From an uncultured Collinsella sp. (lineage in GTDB: Bacteria > Actinomycetota > Coriobacteriia > Coriobacteriales > Coriobacteriaceae): a DNA stretch of 64,000 nt. The notes under the pieces are model-generated. The model had not been told where the DNA came from, did not search any database, and saw nothing but the letters and a program-made list of their open reading frames with translations. Location of the stretch: the NCBI GenBank assembly GCA_958413765.1, contig CATYVH010000004.1, positions 38,672 through 102,671 on the forward strand. The letters run 5' to 3'. The position numbers and the translations under genes were made by a program. This document shows, piece by piece, positions 61,228-64,000 of the stretch (position 1 is its first letter; every line of letters begins with the position of its first letter).

Positions 61228-62298
61228 CTATCGACAAACCAAGTGGATCTTACTCGCATCGAAGTGCATGCGCAGGGCCTCGTCGGCCTGCGGCAGCCCG
61301 TCGGCAGCTACGTTCACTTTGTTGACCTTCCACTGCAGACGCGTGGGCGCATCAGTACGCGGCACGTCCAACAGCACCAGGCGCTCAAAGCGTGAATCGC
61401 TCACTCGGGCCACGTGCAAATCATAGCTGTTGCGACCCCGCTCCGCGCGATTGTCAACATGGAAGTAGCTTGCGCGAATGCCCAGGTACGCCACATTATC
61501 GGGAACCTCGCGACCCACGTTAAAGGTCATGCCCCAGTCGAGGGCCTCAACTTCTTCGTCGCCGATCTTGCGCGCCCGGCTTGTGTTCTTGCAGCCCGTA
61601 AGGCGCAGCGCCGCCAGCGTCTGCGGACGGCGGACCACGTCCTCGACGGAGCCGATCTCCTCAACATGCCCGTCATGCATCACGCAGATACGCTCGCACA
61701 GGCGGCACGCTTCGTCGATGTCGTGGCTCACGTAGAGCACGGTGCGGTTGCATACGTCGAACAGATCGAGCATGTTCTGCTCAAGGGCGCTCTTAAGATA
61801 GGAATCGAGCGCGCTCATGGGCTCATCGAACATAAAGATGCCCGGATGCGCCGCCACCATGCGCGCAAGTGCCACGCGTTGCTGCTGACCGCCCGAGAGG
61901 CGCGCGGGGTAGCGGTCGGCAAAATCGGCCAGACCGAAAATGCCCAGATAACGCTCGGCGAGCTTTTTGCTCGCGGCGGCGTCGCCCGCATCCTTAACGC
62001 CGGCGCATACGTTATCGGCTACCGTCATATTGGGAAACAGCTGATAGTTTTGGAACAGCAGGGCACACTTGCGCTCCTGAGGCGACAGATTGATGCCCGC
62101 GTCCGAGTCAAAGAAGGTTACGCCGTTGACGACGATCTTGCCCTCGTCGGGCGTCTCCACACCGGCAATGCAGCGCAAGGTGCAGCTCTTGCCGCATCCG
62201 GAGGCGCCGAGCAAGCCAACGCGCTCCTCGCCGGCTTCGAGTTGGATGTCAAGGGTGAACCCCGGATAGCGCTTTTTGATATCCAGAACAAGCGACAT
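61228..62298 (-). CDS. modC: Molybdate/sulfate-type ABC transporter ATP-binding protein with C-terminal TOBE domain
   Basis: Walker A GASGCGKS. LSGGQQQRVALAR. C-terminal TOBE-like region. Follows modB and modA on the same strand. Confidence 0.8.
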   Translation of the reverse strand: MSLVLDIKKRYPGFTLDIQLEAGEERVGLLGASGCGKSCTLRCIAGVETPDEGKIVVNGVTFFDSDAGINLSPQERKCALLFQNYQLFPNMTVADNVCAGVKDAGDAAASKKLAERYLGIFGLADFADRYPARLSGGQQQRVALARMVAAHPGIFMFDEPMSALDSYLKSALEQNMLDLFDVCNRTVLYVSHDIDEACRLCERICVMHDGHVEEIGSVEDVVRRPQTLAALRLTGCKNTSRARKIGDEEVEALDWGMTFNVGREVPDNVAYLGIRASYFHVDNRAERGRNSYDLHVARVSDSRFERLVLLDVPRTDAPTRLQWKVNKVNVAADGLPQADEALRMHFDASKIHLVCR

Positions 62299-62301
62299 GG
62301 C

Positions 62302-63813
62302 CTATCGCCCTCCCTTCGAGACGGCGTCATCGCGCATGAGCTCGGCCAACGCCTCGCGATCGATACGCAAGGCGTCGCCGCCCACCGGATCGAGCGAATC
62401 GCCCTGTCCGGCAAGCTCTTTGGCCTGTTTGCGCTCCGCACGGGAAAGGCCCCGCTCGCGATACTTTTGCGAATGCGCCGTGTACATGTTGATGAACAGG
62501 ATTACCAGGAAACTAAACACGATCACGACCACGACCCAAAAGAGGGCCACCGACGTGTTGCCGCCCATCCACTCAAAGTAAATCGCAATGGGAATGGTCT
62601 GCGTAATGCCGGCATAGTTGCCTGCAAAGAACAGGGTGCAGCCAAACTCGCCCATCGCGCGGGCAAAGGCAAGCACCGCGCCAGCGGCAATCGAGGGCCA
62701 GCCAAGCGGCATCATAAGCTTGGTAAAGATGCGACGCTCGGACCATCCCAGGGTTCGCGCGGCATCGAGCATCTGCGTGTCAAGGTTCTCAAAGGCTCCG
62801 AGCGCCGTGCGGTAGACCAGCGGAAACGACACAACGACGGCCGAAATGACCGCCGCGGGCCAGGTAAAGACAATCGAGATGCCGTGCGCGATGAGCCACT
62901 GGCCCACCCCGGTCGAGCGGCCAAACAGCATGAGGAGCAGAAAGCCGCAGACCGTGGGCGGCAGCACCATCGGAATCGTAAAGACCGAATCGAGCAGGCC
63001 CTTGATGCGACTCGAGGTACCCATAGTCTTCCACGCGGCAAACAAGCCCAGCGCAAAGGAGATCAGCAGGGCAAGGCCGCTCGTTTTAATGGACACCCAA
63101 AACGGGCGGTAGTCGATGCCGCCTAAAAAGGAGGCCAGAGAGGTCAAGGGCCCCTGCTCATCCCGCAATACGACAGACGATGCTTCTACCATTTGAGCGC
63201 TATCAAGCCAACGCGCGCCGCCCTTGGCATCACCCGAAGCCGATGCAATCACCACATAGCGGTCCCCATCCGCACCACGCACATCAAAGCCATAGGTATA
63301 CCCGCCGGCATCAAACGTTGTTTCCGCCGTAACATACCAAGGAAGATCAACGTCCCCTAGCTGCGCACCTCCCATGGAGTTTGCGCTGTCGAGCTCACAG
63401 ACGAGGGCCTTGAGACCCGATACGCACTCGTTGTCCTGCGGATCCAATCCATACTTCTCGGCCGCCTTGGGCGATATCCACACCACAACGCGATCGGCAG
63501 CAGGCGCCACTACAAGGTCCACGTCCTCGTCAACGGGAAACCGGTAGCCCTCTGGCTGGCCCTCCATGGCACGAGCGGTCCCCTTGGCCAACCGCTCAAA
63601 ACCCTCGATTCCATAGGGAAGCCCATGTGCGGTCGCAGCAACCTGGGCCCCGTCTTCAGCGTCCCCAGCAAACGCAAATCCCGGCACCCAGCAAAGCGCG
63701 AAGGTCAAAGCACAGGCGACAAGCATGCGGAATCTTTTAAGCACGAAAAGCTCCAAGCGAATACAAGGACGGAGTGAAACACAAAACGATGGGATTATCG
63801 CGCCAAGCCGCAC
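62302..63813 (-). CDS. modB: Molybdate ABC transporter permease (ModB) fused to an about 220-aa N-terminal secreted domain of unknown function
   Basis: C-terminal about 270 aa have six TM helices and the ABC permease EAA-like loop ARAMGEFG. The N-terminal part has a signal peptide MLVACALTFALCWVPGFAFAG and no recognisable domain. Confidence 0.7.
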   Translation of the reverse strand: MRLGAIIPSFCVSLRPCIRLELFVLKRFRMLVACALTFALCWVPGFAFAGDAEDGAQVAATAHGLPYGIEGFERLAKGTARAMEGQPEGYRFPVDEDVDLVVAPAADRVVVWISPKAAEKYGLDPQDNECVSGLKALVCELDSANSMGGAQLGDVDLPWYVTAETTFDAGGYTYGFDVRGADGDRYVVIASASGDAKGGARWLDSAQMVEASSVVLRDEQGPLTSLASFLGGIDYRPFWVSIKTSGLALLISFALGLFAAWKTMGTSSRIKGLLDSVFTIPMVLPPTVCGFLLLMLFGRSTGVGQWLIAHGISIVFTWPAAVISAVVVSFPLVYRTALGAFENLDTQMLDAARTLGWSERRIFTKLMMPLGWPSIAAGAVLAFARAMGEFGCTLFFAGNYAGITQTIPIAIYFEWMGGNTSVALFWVVVVIVFSFLVILFINMYTAHSQKYRERGLSRAERKQAKELAGQGDSLDPVGGDALRIDREALAELMRDDAVSKGGR

Positions 63814-63815
63814 TA

Positions 63816-64000
63816 CTCGGAAAGCTCAAAGCCGTACTTAGCCCAAATCTTCTGAGCCTTCTTGTTGGACAGGCAAAAGTCGATAAACGCCTTGGCCTCG
63901 TCGGCGTGCTCGGAGCTCTCGGCAACGGCGCCCGGGTACACGATGGGCTTGTGCGAATCCTCGGGGCACACGAAGGCCTCCTCGATGCCGTCATAGCGGA
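63816..64000 (-). CDS. modA: Molybdate-binding periplasmic protein ModA (3' fragment; gene continues beyond the window)
   Basis: Minus-strand translation ...GIEEAFVCPEDSHKPIVYPGAVAESSEHADEAKAFIDFCLSNKKAQKIWAKYGFELSE-stop matches the ModA C-terminus. Confidence 0.6.

Overview
High-GC (about 62-65%) bacterial chromosomal segment, probably Actinomycetota and Coriobacteriia-like. That lineage guess is inference only. It is densely coded, mostly on the minus strand.

Four blocks stand out:

1. Left edge, 1-4.3 kb: guaB, a small ModE-like regulator and two decayed genes. One is a Cys/Met-family PLP enzyme homolog that lacks its Schiff-base lysine. The other is an RmlD-like gene interrupted by an in-frame TAG.

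2. A roughly 9.5 kb AT-rich island (about 4.3-13.86 kb) that looks like a horizontally acquired defense island. It holds an XRE-HTH gene with a possible HigB-like partner, a 531-aa SIR2-domain protein, a 469-aa multi-TM protein, a 272-aa unknown protein and a stand-alone 484-aa reverse transcriptase. The reverse transcriptase is flanked by unusually GC-rich non-coding spacers. I found no integrase, CRISPR array or cas genes. I think this island is the most likely place for an undescribed system: a SIR2 + TM + unknown + RT locus with candidate ncRNA.

3. A cell-surface polysaccharide locus (13.87-27.1 kb). It has dTDP-rhamnose genes (a fused rfbCD, rfbB and rfbA), a Wzx flippase, a Wzy-like protein, four glycosyltransferases (one GT2, two GT4, and the initiating phosphotransferase), an F420H2-dehydrogenase-like FeS protein with a pyruvyl transferase, and a NusG paralog (UpxY/LoaP-like) at its head.

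4. Housekeeping and energy genes (27.4-64 kb). This block has thrS, a GlpA-like FAD enzyme with a pyridine-nucleotide oxidoreductase and a DUF1667 protein, pepP, folC, valS, clpPX, tig and a molybdopterin xanthine-dehydrogenase family pair. It also has gdhA, selenium genes that are interrupted by focA and brnQ, and modABC.

The selenium genes are tRNA-Sec, selB, selA, a Sec(TGA)-containing selD, yedF, a DUF3343 gene and a cysteine desulfurase. They sit next to a double-cubane HgdB-like protein and its HgdC-type activase.

Three non-coding repeat families were seen directly in the sequence:

- A 158-bp MITE-like element with 25-bp terminal inverted repeats, in two copies.
- A roughly 90-nt structured element in two copies that carries compensatory base-pair changes.
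- An array of a 15-16-bp motif with exact 40-bp periodicity and alternating orientation, upstream of the glpA-like operon.

There are also long palindromes in the valS leader and next to folC.
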